DNA of 61,485 nt, counting the filler, from Globobulimina sp. (taxonomy: Eukaryota), in the NCBI GenBank assembly GCA_003354225.1. It is 24 parts of 24 records of this genome, joined end to end, with 100 filler letters (N's around TTAATTAATTAA, not from the genome) between each part and the next. Parts side by side here need not be neighbours in the genome. Positions count along the whole stretch, not along the records: positions 33,371 to 35,836 come from PIVH01006535.1; positions 35,937 to 38,402 come from PIVH01006536.1; positions 38,503 to 40,968 come from PIVH01006537.1; positions 41,069 to 43,533 come from PIVH01006538.1; positions 43,634 to 46,098 come from PIVH01006539.1; 19 more parts are not named here. One strand, written 5' to 3'. The stretch's first letter is position 1, and every line of letters begins with the position of its first letter. The notes beneath the pieces were generated by a model. That model saw nothing but the letters and a program-made list of their open reading frames with translations. It searched no databases and was not told the origin of the DNA. Position numbers and translations under genes: made by a program. This document shows positions 34,582 through 46,198 of this stretch, in pieces.

Positions 34582-35751
34582 TTATTTTGAATATGGATCA
34601 ACAACTGTGACAACAGTGGCTGTCTCAACAGTATACGGGAAATCCAGTCCCGATGTGGCGCCATCATGCTCACCATTTGCATCCATACAAACCAACGATG
34701 CATACACTCCTGGATTATACACAACAATGTCATCCACTGCCGCTCTACAAGCATCCCCAACATCCATTCCTTGTTTCATATAAAATACCGCCGCATGCGT
34801 GGCAGCGAAGCGCATCATAACATCGCCATCGCCCGTTCCCACTGCAGCGCCAATCCCCTGTTCCACATAGCCGCCAGCTCCAACAAGCGGAGAGTCCCCC
34901 ACTCGGCCGGCTATTTTTAGTGTTGCTCCATTTGTGGAGGTCCCAATACTCATAAAACCATTCGAGTCAATCCCAATCATCCCAATGGTATCATGGTCGC
35001 CTAAGCTCCATTCTTTGTTATTGCTGTGGCGAACTTTGGAATTCTCACTGTAGTTAAAGGGGATCGGTGCATAGGGCGGGCATAGCGACGCATTAATAAC
35101 ATTGATCCATGAATGTGGTTGACAATTATTCGCCAAATACGCCGAGTATATGCCTGACGCTGTAGTTCCATTTAAAAGCTCCGATTGAAAGCCCATTTGC
35201 ACTGCAAAATCGGTGGCAGACTGCCCCACCAACAAAGTGTGAGTCGTGTAATGCAATACAAATCTGGCCACACCAATGGCGTTTTTGATGTTTTTGAGCG
35301 ATGCGACAGCTCCGGCATTGTGCGTAGGACCGTACATAATCATCGCGTCCAAGCGGACCTCGCCATTTGTGTCTGGACTGCCGCCCCATCCAACGCTCCA
35401 ATCACAAGATGCCGGATCTTGTTCGCATGTTTCACAGCCAATTTGGACCGCATCCAATGAGTTATTCGTTTCTATGATGTTGGACCAGGCCTTTTCTATT
35501 GGTTGAGTCCAGGGCCAGGTCGATGCTACAATTGGCCAATTTCGTTGAGTGGTTATGCTCGATCCGGCTTCTTGTAATACAAAATATATTGTTAGACCAA
35601 CTGCTAAACTAATTAGGACAAGAATTGACAAGTATTTTCTCCGTTTTTGAGATGTAATGACTTGATTTGATGCATGAAATGAGTGTGCGTCATCTGCGCC
35701 ATTAGATTCCGTTTCATTATTTTTTATCAATGCAGTCAAAGGTGTTGTCAT
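34582..35751 (-). CDS. AGA: N(4)-(beta-N-acetylglucosaminyl)-L-asparaginase (glycosylasparaginase)
   Basis: SVGWGGSPD..GEVRLDAMIM, HDTIGM (autocleavage D|T), GTSTNG, GRVGDSP and TGDGDVMMRF. Confidence 0.96.
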   Translation of the reverse strand: MTTPLTALIKNNETESNGADDAHSFHASNQVITSQKRRKYLSILVLISLAVGLTIYFVLQEAGSSITTQRNWPIVASTWPWTQPIEKAWSNIIETNNSLDAVQIGCETCEQDPASCDWSVGWGGSPDTNGEVRLDAMIMYGPTHNAGAVASLKNIKNAIGVARFVLHYTTHTLLVGQSATDFAVQMGFQSELLNGTTASGIYSAYLANNCQPHSWINVINASLCPPYAPIPFNYSENSKVRHSNNKEWSLGDHDTIGMIGIDSNGFMSIGTSTNGATLKIAGRVGDSPLVGAGGYVEQGIGAAVGTGDGDVMMRFAATHAAVFYMKQGMDVGDACRAAVDDIVVYNPGVYASLVCMDANGEHDGATSGLDFPYTVETATVVTVVDPYSK

Positions 35752-36004
35752 TATGTTTAATTTAAATTGCAGAAATGTTTTAATTCACTCCAAAAGATAA
35801 CGCCCTCCTATCCCTTGTCGATAAGTTGTATACAGANNNNNNNNNNNNNNNNNNNNNNNNNNNNNNNNNNNNNNNNNNNNTTAATTAATTAANNNNNNNN
35901 NNNNNNNNNNNNNNNNNNNNNNNNNNNNNNNNNNNNTAAGTATCTTATAGACCATCCAGAGCAAGAAGAAAACATCAAGAGCATTCAGCAAAAAGGGTCT
36001 GAGA

Positions 36005-38402
36005 TCATTCTTGAATCTTGGGATTCATGATAAGCACGTTGACTTTGGAGCGAATGGACGGAGTGTATGATAATGACAGAGGCATTGCTGGGTCGTAGTA
36101 ACCTAATGCTTGGTTCATACGCTTGCTGCAATCCCTGGTAAATGTGCTAAAGTTATTCCAATCTGCAGTTCCATTCATGCCAAAGTAAATAGAATTGAAT
36201 GATGATTGGTAAAATGATTCCCTTTCTTTCAAGCCTGCTTCAGTATGGATGTCGGTGGGACCTTTAATAAGTTCCAATCCATACATTTCCATCAATGAGA
36301 ATGGATTGTGGTTCGCCATGTGCTGGTAACAAGTGGTGCCATCAATGCCTACAAAGTGCATGATGTCACCAGTCCATGTGTTAAAATTGAATTTGATGAT
36401 CTTTTCGACCAAATAATTCATTTTCTGGTATTTTGACATGTCATTGAACTGGATTCTATTGTCCAAGATTGGGTCGCTGTGGTCAAGGAAGTCAATCTGT
36501 GAGTCGTTGACTGTGAGACCTTGGTTCTCATCCCGCTTCGACTCTGTTTGGAGGGCTTTGATGCCTGTTTTGATGCGGAACATTATATCAAATTTCTCCC
36601 GCCAGCTGAGGGTGATTTTATTGTTGATGAGATCATAGAATCCCATCGATATTAATAGGTTATACAGGTTCTTGATACCGCAAAGATGTTCGTTCAATCT
36701 GTTGCGTAGAACTCTGTTATGATTGATGCCCTCGCCGCATTTGCCAATGTAGCGCTGTGTACAATTGGTGCAGCTGATGTTGTAGATGGTGTTTCTGGTG
36801 AAACAGGTGATTTTCTGTGAGATAGAATATTTGATATTGGTTAGCTTGCATTTGGTGGATTTCTTGCTGGTGAATGCTGGGACGTGGTGGCAATTACATT
36901 TGCGACCTTTGGTGAATGGGATTAAAATATCGAGGGCTATTAATTCCTTGCAAGTCATGAAACCCTTCCAAAGCTCGATATTCTTGAGTTTGAAGCGGCG
37001 ATTTTGGTAAATTAATATGGATGGATTTTTGGCGGAGATGCGGGAATTCGGTAAGTTTTTGAGTGTGTTATGGAGTTTGATGTCATCGTCAGATAAGTCA
37101 TCAATGTCTGGATCGTGTTTAAATTTGTGGGGTGCTATGATGTTGGCGATGGTCTTTGATTTTTTCCAGGAAACCTTAAAATCCTCCAATGGGAACAGGA
37201 GGGCCAATGTCGGTTTGTTGTTAATGAATTTGCGGTGATTATTCTGTATAATTTTATAGAAATCGGCGTGGTTTTGGTGGAACTCGCGAACGAGCCAAAT
37301 CTTGGGGGCCGGGGAGGATTCGTCGGAGTTAAATGGTTGGTGGTAGGCAACATTGATGTTGTTGAGCTGCCATTTCTTATCATTTGCCAGTTTCTTGTCT
37401 ATGAACAAAGATAAATTGGGGTCGGCGTCAACTAAAGAAAAGGGATTGAGGCCTATATGTTTTATTTTGTTTAAGGAGTCATAGAAAGAGGGATTGTTGA
37501 GTTTGGCAAATAGGTGGTGCAGTATTTTGTGATTCAGTTTGTCGGTATCGACGACGGGTTGTTGTTGGGATATTTGTGGGGAAACATTGGAGGTTCGAGG
37601 GCTGCGTTTCTTGGACCGGCGGAGTTTGGATTTGTGTTTGTTGGGGGACCAAATATGCAGTGCTTCCTCCTTCGATTTCAGTCGAGTTTTATTAAATATT
37701 TGATTGACTAATATATGGTTATAATCGCGGCGAATCATAAAACATTTGTAATTATGCATGGTTTCATCGATAAAATAGTCATCACTGATACTGCGAGCCT
37801 TCAATGCAACACCTTTTACGATACCCTTCCATTGATACTCCGGATGTTGCGAAGACGTCTTCAAATACGCGTGGTCATCGGTAGTCTTTGCATAAATCTG
37901 GACCTTAATGCCATGCGGCGTAAGGAATAGCTTTGAGTCAAGGAAGACGCAGACTAAACCACCACATTTGATATCTGCTGTGAATATGATGCCATCGGCC
38001 AGATTGCTGATGCCTTTTTTGAGCTGTTCAATATGGTCATAACTCATTTTGCCTGCATTGAACATATCGTCGCGGTAGGCACCATTGTAAAATAAGCGGC
38101 CATTTGTTGTATTTGAGAGCCACCTGTGATTGTGCAGGAATTCGCATATATAACTGATGGAAATGTCTGCTAATTGTGCTGCAAAATCCTCTCCGGCGCC
38201 GATACCTGCTATTTTTTGATATAACTTTCTATTAAATGTCGAAATTGCATTTTTGATGGAGAACCAGAGGAAGGATTTGATGCAGTCTTTGGATGGATTG
38301 ATGTGGAGATGTTTTGAGTATTTGATCCAATATAAGTCGAGCACCTGTAAACAAAATGAATGTATTAAACTTGGATACATAGCAACGACGTCAAATGACC
38401 AC
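36005..38402 (-). mobile_element. Penelope-like retroelement ORF (RT + thumb + Cys-rich linker + GIY-YIG endonuclease), 5'-partial
   Basis: WSFDVVAMYPS, YQKIAGIGAGEDFAAQLAD, YRDD, FLD, IYAKTTDDHAYLKTSSQHP. Then ITCFTRNTIYNISCTNCTQRYIG, RLNEH and ERESFYQ...GMN. Confidence 0.92.
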
Positions 38403-38683
38403 NNNNNNNNNNNNNNNNNNNNNNNNNNNNNNNNNNNNNNNNNNNNTTAATTAATTAANNNNNNNNNNNNNNNNNNNNNNNNNNNNNNNNNNNNNNNNNN
38501 NNGTCGACGACATGGTTCGCGACACAAACTGTTGCGAATTTCCGTGAGATTTTTGACAAAAAAAATATAAAAACAAAAACGATGAAATTCAGCACACATA
38601 ATCACAGTAAATAGCATTACTGATGATACAGAAATGAAATAGATTACAATTCCAATGATTGATATGTTTTATATACATTTTCG

Positions 38684-40968
38684 TCAATTTTTTGATAGTT
38701 TGTAGGTGGCAAATTTCATTTCAAGTCTATAATTACTAACATTATTCTCCATTACACACAATATCTTTCCTAATGATAAATGTACACATTTTTTATTATT
38801 TTCTCCACTATAAATCCCATCCCATTCATCGTTATTATTATAATTAATTATATATTCATTTTCAGATTCTATTATATGAATAATTTTATCATTTTCATCC
38901 ATACAAACACTATAATCATCATAATATCCGCATTGTTTCTCTTGAATGTGTTCATCAAACATAAAAACAAATTCATACACTGAGAAATATTGTATATAAT
39001 CATCAGAATCATCATCAGATTCCTCCTCCATATCACATATACTCCCATACGTATACACCATGTCATCCATACTCATATCCATCCTCTTCTCTCTCCTCTT
39101 CTTATCACTACAAATCACCACATCCACCATATACAAATCCCTCTCATAATCATATCCGATACACACTTCTTTATCATAATACACACATTTGCTGATCACA
39201 TTATACCTCTCTTCCGCATCACCACCATCCAACACCCTCCGTCTCTGTGCATACTGCCCCTGTGATACTTGTGGCAATCCCAACGGATTCATCCTATTCA
39301 TCATCGTAGAATACTGTCCATAACTCATCGGCTTCTGCTGTTGTTGTCCATACTTGCCACTATACGGATTGCCCACACTGCCATCCAAACTGCCACCAAA
39401 CGCACCACCAAATGGATTACCACCACCACCATGGGCTAATCTCGACCGTTGTGCCATTTCATTCTCCCGTCTCACTCTCCCCATTCTATCCCCCCTCCTA
39501 CCACTCCCACGCAACCCTGCATTCCCACCAAAACCACCACCCTGTTGCCCTCCATCCACACCTTGCAGCCTCGCTATCTCATCCCGCAACCCTTGCATCG
39601 GATCATTCGAATGCGTACCCACCTCCTTCATACCTTCCATATGCACACTCTTCACAGCCTCCACCCCACTCAACTTATGCAAGCCAGTGCCACTGACATC
39701 CCCTTCAAACTTGGCCTTCTCTTTCACCAAACGAGCCTTCTGCTGCTTCAATATCTGCTTCAACGCAGCTATCTGTTTCTCAATCGGACTGGACGGGTTG
39801 ACCTCCCCTTTCTTGCTCCCAACGCCACTCACAATCCTCCCTTCGTTCGCATCCTCCGTATTCTCCCGTTTCTGCCTAGCAACTTCAGCCTCGTGCTCCG
39901 CAATTCTCTTCGCCTTCTTCTCCTTGGCCTTCTTCTCCAAAAACTCCATATCCATCTCCGACTGCTGCGTGTCCACTCCATGCACATTGCACAATATATG
40001 GCGCTCATAATCGCAGGGCAGGCCCTTCCAATACCCATTCCTCGTAATCTCTGCACATTGGATCTCTTTGTTATGCGGGATTTGGCCATCCTTCCAGTCC
40101 AAATTGCTCCCCGTGGCCTTGCCCGGTATAGGCTGCACAGCGAGGCCATTATCCCAGTTTTTGAAAGGCTCAGACAGTCCAATCCAGCATCCATGCGGGG
40201 CTTTGGCCACTTTTTTGCACGCTTCATGCGCTTCGATAGCGTCGGTGCCCGTGATAATGGAGGCTAAGGTGCTGCCAAATCGACGCTTGCAAAACAATGC
40301 GGCCTTTTCCTTGGTCGTTTGCTTGCTCACTACGACGTAGTTGCCATGGTAGGAAGCGAGCGGTTTCTCGCAAATGGCGTATAATTGCCGGTTACACGGG
40401 TAATCAGCCCAAGTTCCGTCGGTTTTGGAGATGTAGCTGCACTTTTCATCGATGGAGTTTTCGGGTTTTTGGGCTGCCCAATGGCTCCAAGATACATATT
40501 GGCCATTCTCCCATTCGTAGTACGGTTGAGTTAGACCGATCCAACAGGACTTTTCTGTGTTGCCCGAGATCTTCTTGCATAGTGATAAGAGAGCGGCGTT
40601 TTCTTTGTCGTTTCGTATGGAGGCGATGTCGCCGTAGTATTCGCGACAAAGACTACGCGCGTCGTCAAAGGTGCGCACTTTGGAGGCGTCGCCAATATAA
40701 CGGCCTCGTTTGATGTGTTTAGATTTTGTATGGTCCCATTTGTTCCATAATAATGACCGTTTATTGTGGTTGTATTGGTGGTTGGTGGTGGCTATAATGT
40801 TGGTTTGGATGTTGATTTCATTGAATTGAGAGTCGTTTGAGAAATGTAGTATTTTATAGTTGTCTATGATGTATGCATTGGAGTCTGTATCTACTGCAAT
40901 GGTTACGTCGTCATTTGAGATTAATACTTTCTTATTGTTAGATGTGGCAGTGGATAATGCAAATTCAT
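38684..40968 (-). CDS. Tandem C-type lectin domain protein with coiled-coil and Gly-rich regions, 5'-partial
   Basis: TFDDARSLC...CWIGL...WADYPC...AICE, repeated twice. The frame stays open upstream of 40678. Confidence 0.85.
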
Positions 40969-41068
40969 NNNNNNNNNNNNNNNNNNNNNNNNNNNNNNNN
41001 NNNNNNNNNNNNTTAATTAATTAANNNNNNNNNNNNNNNNNNNNNNNNNNNNNNNNNNNNNNNNNNNN

Positions 41069-41848
41069 AGGATAAGAGCAGCAGAATTAACAAGACCACT
41101 CAATATGTATACACCAGAAACAACACAAAAGCAACCACAATTTCCGATAACACAATCACAGAATGACTTAATATCAAATATAACTTCATTATTATCACAT
41201 TTTTTCAGTGCACGAGAAAATAATAACGAACCACCCACACCAAAAAAAGCAACAAATCCCACCGTTGTACCTGCTATATCAGCAAACAAATATTTTGGTG
41301 CTCACCGATTATACAATTCGCGACCAGCAATACCTGCAGCACAATCTAATGGTAGTCAAGCTTTAGTCATTAATGATGATGAAGTTATTGAAGATTTAGC
41401 TGAACCACCAACCACTGCGTTGCCTACAATTCCGACAACTGCATCACCTGACGATATAGTATTGGATCTTAGAAATAAAATCAATGAATTAACTCTTGAG
41501 CAAAAAAACCAATTACTTGAATCTTTAATTAGTAGCGATCAGGGAATATTACCTGGTGTAGATAATGGGTTATCAGCGGAAATGAACAACATTCGGCAAA
41601 CTGAACCTATCACTTTCCCAGATGATCGAAAACGTTTTCCAGATTCAGATAACGCAAAACAAGTAGTTTCAGATTCGCCAAAGCATGCAGTCTTGGCACT
41701 GCTGAACCAAGTCGATGGATTAACAGCAGATACGCCATCATCACATGTTGGACAGAAGATAAATGAAGTTCGATCATCGAGAACTGATACAAAAGATGAG
41801 AAGGATGACACATTTACACAGAAAATGCTTGATACATTCGGATGGTAA
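41069..41848 (+). CDS. Hypothetical low-complexity (P/T/N-rich) protein, probably partial
   Basis: 247-aa ORF with no recognisable motif. Confidence 0.4.
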   Translation, partial: RIRAAELTRPLNMYTPETTQKQPQFPITQSQNDLISNITSLLSHFFSARENNNEPPTPKKATNPTVVPAISANKYFGAHRLYNSRPAIPAAQSNGSQALVINDDEVIEDLAEPPTTALPTIPTTASPDDIVLDLRNKINELTLEQKNQLLESLISSDQGILPGVDNGLSAEMNNIRQTEPITFPDDRKRFPDSDNAKQVVSDSPKHAVLALLNQVDGLTADTPSSHVGQKINEVRSSRTDTKDEKDDTFTQKMLDTFGW

Positions 41849-41997
41849 TTATGCATAATATCTTTTTTTTGCACCTTTTCAAATATTGTTATTTCCCACT
41901 TTAATATTATTATTTATGCAAAATGAACGTTTTTTTTTTACTTCGTCACTACACTAACAATGCGTCCGTAAGCTAAGCTCTTTCGTGGTTTGTTCCA

Positions 41998-43215
41998 ATG
42001 GAAAAGGTCGATCAACAAAACGAATCAATGTCCGGTGTATGCAGTTTAAAATTTACGTGTTTTGTAATTATAACATCATGTTTAATAATACTGTTATGTT
42101 ATTTAACACTTTTATACTCATATTCCAATTTATATTCATCATTGACGCTAATAAACAACAATGGGAACAATAAACATTATGAATATAAACATAAATTGCA
42201 CAAATATTATAATATTAGCATTGAGAAAAATCATTCAAACAATACATATCTGCGATTAATGAGCTTCAATCTCCGCAATGCGCTGTTAGACAGCAACGCT
42301 GTCAACGAATATAAACATTGGGATTTACGCAAAAATATTGTATATTCACTCTTGAATAATATTCAAAGTGACATTATTGGCACACAAGAAGGCATATTAT
42401 CGCAGATCGAGGACATTGCCTATAATTTGCAGCTAAAATATGGACATTATGGCAATGGCCGTTTGCCCACAGAATGGTATTTATCGCAGGCAGCAGATGC
42501 TGCAAATGATATGAATGAACATTGCACGATATTTTGGAATAAAAATAAATTTAAAATCAAGGATGAAGGTACTTTTTGGCTGTCAAATGAACCAAATGTT
42601 ATCGGCTCAATGTACCCAAATGCGTATTTACCGCGGATTGCATCATGGATATTGTTTGAAATCCGCAACAATGACAAATATAAAATATTATTCATATCGA
42701 CTCATTTGGGCTTAACCTCAGCGGAGAGAGAGGGGCAAATTAAATTAATTACAAAGTTCGTCCATGAAATGATAGATAAGCAACAAAGTGCGGATAAAAA
42801 GGAATTATTAGTGTTTGTTGTGGGTGATTTCAATGAAGGATTAAATGGTGAATTATGGAATAATTTATTTCCAAAAGGTAATGGAGAGAATGATGTGTTG
42901 GTGGATTGTATCAGTAAATGGCAGGAATTGCAACATAAAAAATTAAATATCAATATTACGTTTCATGCATTTCAAGGAATTGAACATATTAAAAATGATA
43001 AGAATTTTGCACCAATTGATTGGATATTATGCAGTAAGAATGTGATGGAGAATGAGGATATAATATTATTGGATACCTATGTTATTACAAAAACAAGACT
43101 TGATTATAAATATAAAGATAATAAAAACCATACCATTTATCCGTCTGATCATTTCCCGATTGTGTTAGAGCTGGTTTTATTGACTGATGATTCATTATCC
43201 TTGCCACAGTTGTGA
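41998..43215 (+). CDS. Endonuclease/exonuclease/phosphatase (EEP) family protein with N-terminal TM
   Basis: LMSFNLR, DIIGTQE, GTFWLS, PRIASW, STHL, GDFN, IDWI and PSDHFPI. Confidence 0.93.
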   Translation: MEKVDQQNESMSGVCSLKFTCFVIITSCLIILLCYLTLLYSYSNLYSSLTLINNNGNNKHYEYKHKLHKYYNISIEKNHSNNTYLRLMSFNLRNALLDSNAVNEYKHWDLRKNIVYSLLNNIQSDIIGTQEGILSQIEDIAYNLQLKYGHYGNGRLPTEWYLSQAADAANDMNEHCTIFWNKNKFKIKDEGTFWLSNEPNVIGSMYPNAYLPRIASWILFEIRNNDKYKILFISTHLGLTSAEREGQIKLITKFVHEMIDKQQSADKKELLVFVVGDFNEGLNGELWNNLFPKGNGENDVLVDCISKWQELQHKKLNINITFHAFQGIEHIKNDKNFAPIDWILCSKNVMENEDIILLDTYVITKTRLDYKYKDNKNHTIYPSDHFPIVLELVLLTDDSLSLPQL

Positions 43216-43868
43216 AAAATAACACAAATTTGAGCTTAATTTGAACATACTAAGATTACAAACAGTGATAATCGTTCTTAGATTAGAATGTGAGTACAAT
43301 TTTGTATGTGGCAGCTGCATATTAGCCATTTTTGCTTGACAATTAACGGGAAAACGCACTGTATCTCGATCGGAACTTTAATTCATTTCATTTCTCGCAA
43401 ATTCGACATTAACACAAACTAAAATTACTGATCAGCAAATTATTTATTATTCATGATCAAGCTTTTCATATTCTGCTTTATCGCGATTGTTTGGAATGTA
43501 GTGAATACTGCAAATTATACAGATTTACCAACANNNNNNNNNNNNNNNNNNNNNNNNNNNNNNNNNNNNNNNNNNNNTTAATTAATTAANNNNNNNNNNN
43601 NNNNNNNNNNNNNNNNNNNNNNNNNNNNNNNNNTTGTAAATTGTACAGTTTTTAATCAACTTTTTTGGTTGCACCATTTGCATATTATATCACATTCGCC
43701 AATCGATTAATTCCTAAAATATCAAATTCTCAACAATTGAGTTTGAAACAGATCGAACGTTCTACGAAATGTAGTATTTAGTTTGAAACTGACATTTCTG
43801 TGCACTCTCACCAGGCACTCTCAACAAATCAGTTTGCCAGTAATTGCAGAGAATGGTAAGTATGTAAC

Positions 43869-45103
43869 CTCGGGTTGTTGCAAAAAAGAGCAGCGGGTAA
43901 AATAAAAACAAATGGATACTGTGTCCAATTAACACAGTCAACACATAAAAGCCGAGCGCAGAGCCCAAATGTGCCAAATTCTCGGTAGTGGCCAATTTGA
44001 TGCACACCAACGAGCCCATTCCGATGGGCGTAAACCATATAATCCATACAACCGCCATCATGGAACAACGCAATATGGCTCGGCTAAAATTTAAAACCGA
44101 ATCACGTTCGACTTGCTTCACAGACGGCGCTCGCAACAAAATGCCAACGGTCAGGAAAAAAACAATGATGCCCAAAATGGTCAAATCCGTCATGGCAGTC
44201 ACTATGTTTTTAGGTATGGCGTTAAAAAATATATTCAAAAAAGCATCCAATTCCGTCACATTCCCGCCGCCCACGTCCTTTTCGCCATAATCCAATCCGC
44301 CGTCACCGCCAATTTTCCCGGGTGCCAGACACCAGGCCCTATCATAAAAAGTGTGTAGTTTTAGACGCAGAATCGCAGAGAAATACATATAAACATATTG
44401 TATACCATATCGTTCCCTGAATCGCAGCCATTGTGGACGTGAATAGATACAAAGGAATGGCGCGTTTGCCGATAAATCCGATTTCGTCCACACGCGATGG
44501 CAATATCACCATCATTAAGATGATAAGGGGCAACACCAACAATTTCAATGCATTCACCCATAACGTGCCCGGGAACGCAATTATTTTCTTCCAGTCATCA
44601 GATAACGCCTCGCCTGTTTCTGTATAGGTGGCGATTTCGGTTTGTTCCATCATGTAATCCAAGTACGTGGTGCCATTTCTTTCGTTCGCGTCTTGGATCT
44701 TGACGTTTTCGTACGACATGGACGGGTCAATGGGCTCATTGGTGACGTTGTAATAGCGGGTTATGGTGGAAGTGACTTCGTGGTCCTGGTCTGTGACAGC
44801 GATGGTTATGCCTACACCGGCTCCGATGATGGCAAATATGATGGTGGCCATTGTCAAGGATAAGCCAGGGATGCACGGCAACCATTGGTCTTCATTGAAA
44901 TCGACATGCATAGCATCGTCGGCTGGGTCATACTCGATTTCTGCCATAGCATCGTCTGAGGGATCTGGATCTGGATCATCTGGCCCTGGTTTTGGTGCTT
45001 CAATGTCATTTTTGCTTTCTAATTCCGTGGCATCTGTTGCTTCTTTTTGGTTGATTGGGGTGAGCTCACTATGTGATTCTAATTGTTTTCTTGTTTCAGC
45101 CAT
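43869..45103 (-). CDS. Dicarboxylate/amino acid:cation symporter (SLC1/EAAT family), 3'-partial (intron 44339-44405)
   Basis: FPGTLWVNALKLLVLPLII, NAIPKNIVTA, ILGIIVF and WIIWFTPIGMGSLV. Confidence 0.9.
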
Positions 45104-45233
45104 ATAGTAAATTATAGTTTGCGATTCGTTGGTTTTTATGACTTGACGATGCTGTTACTATTTTGATGTTGTGAAAAACTTTTCATTTTAATGATTTTAT
45201 TTATTACAAGAATTAAATAGTGGATAATACATA

Positions 45234-45825
45234 ATGGCAAATGAGTCTGCTAAAATCCATCCATATTGCGGGCAAGCTTTGAAATATCTTGCTTTATATA
45301 AAAAAACAATTCCACCAAAAAATTATGACAAATTGGTGATAGCGTTATCAAATTTAGATTCATTATATATTGCTATTTGGAAGAACATTCTGTTTGGGGG
45401 ATTGGGTTAATTTATTGGGTGGTTCTTGCTGTATCGTTGAAGCTCAATTGTTGTTTAAATATTGTAGAGAAAAGGTGAATGAATGTAATACAGAAAAGAA
45501 GGATGACAGCAAAAACAATATGAATGATAACAAACGACATCAAACAGAAACATATGGCAATAAATGGCAATTTGTTTACGAAAACGATAAGAACGGTAAA
45601 TGTTTAAATGGAGACATAAACGCATTAATTGATAATGCAAATAAAGGTTGTGATGTTCGGGTAATTTTGGATCATGGTTTTCAAACCAAATCATGGACTG
45701 CAGAAGTTGTTATAGCACAGAATGGCATTGTTTATGCACAAAATAATACAGAAATTTCAATGTGTGGTTTTAAGAAATCATTTATTTTAGTAATGCCATC
45801 ATTTAATATCGGTCGTAGTGCGTAG
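45234..45825 (+). pseudogene. Hypothetical gene with an apparent frameshift in a G homopolymer near 45396-45400
   Basis: ATG 45234 opens MANESAKIHP...WKNILFG and then stops. Removing one G fuses it to the WVNLLGG...WQFVYENDKNGKCLNG frame. Confidence 0.35.
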
Positions 45826-46198
45826 CTTTACAGTTGAAAACATTTTGAATACGTTAATTGTTGTCAGCATTATTTATGCAATGTTGTCAAACCTGAATAA
45901 GTGCGAAGCTGTGAATCGTATAATTTATGCGCTGAAATATTATGCATTGATGAATTCGAATACGAAAGAAAGCAAAGAGGGACAATTAACCTTTTTGCAT
46001 TTCATTAAAAGTCTGTATGGGAATTATTTGAATGATATGATCCATTTAATAAGAAGATGATATGAATTATTTGATATGATATGAAGTAATTAATAAAANN
46101 NNNNNNNNNNNNNNNNNNNNNNNNNNNNNNNNNNNNNNNNNNTTAATTAATTAANNNNNNNNNNNNNNNNNNNNNNNNNNNNNNNNNNNNNNNNNNNN

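Noticed and set aside
35937..36004. Hammerhead ribozyme or SECIS downstream of the Penelope-like ORF
   Set aside because: No CTGANGA...GAAA core in the 68 nt available, and no in-frame TGA within the ORF.
39354..40713. Several long overlapping ORFs (218, 272, 132, 138 aa)
   Set aside because: Shadow ORFs of the GC-rich C-type lectin gene with no independent motifs.
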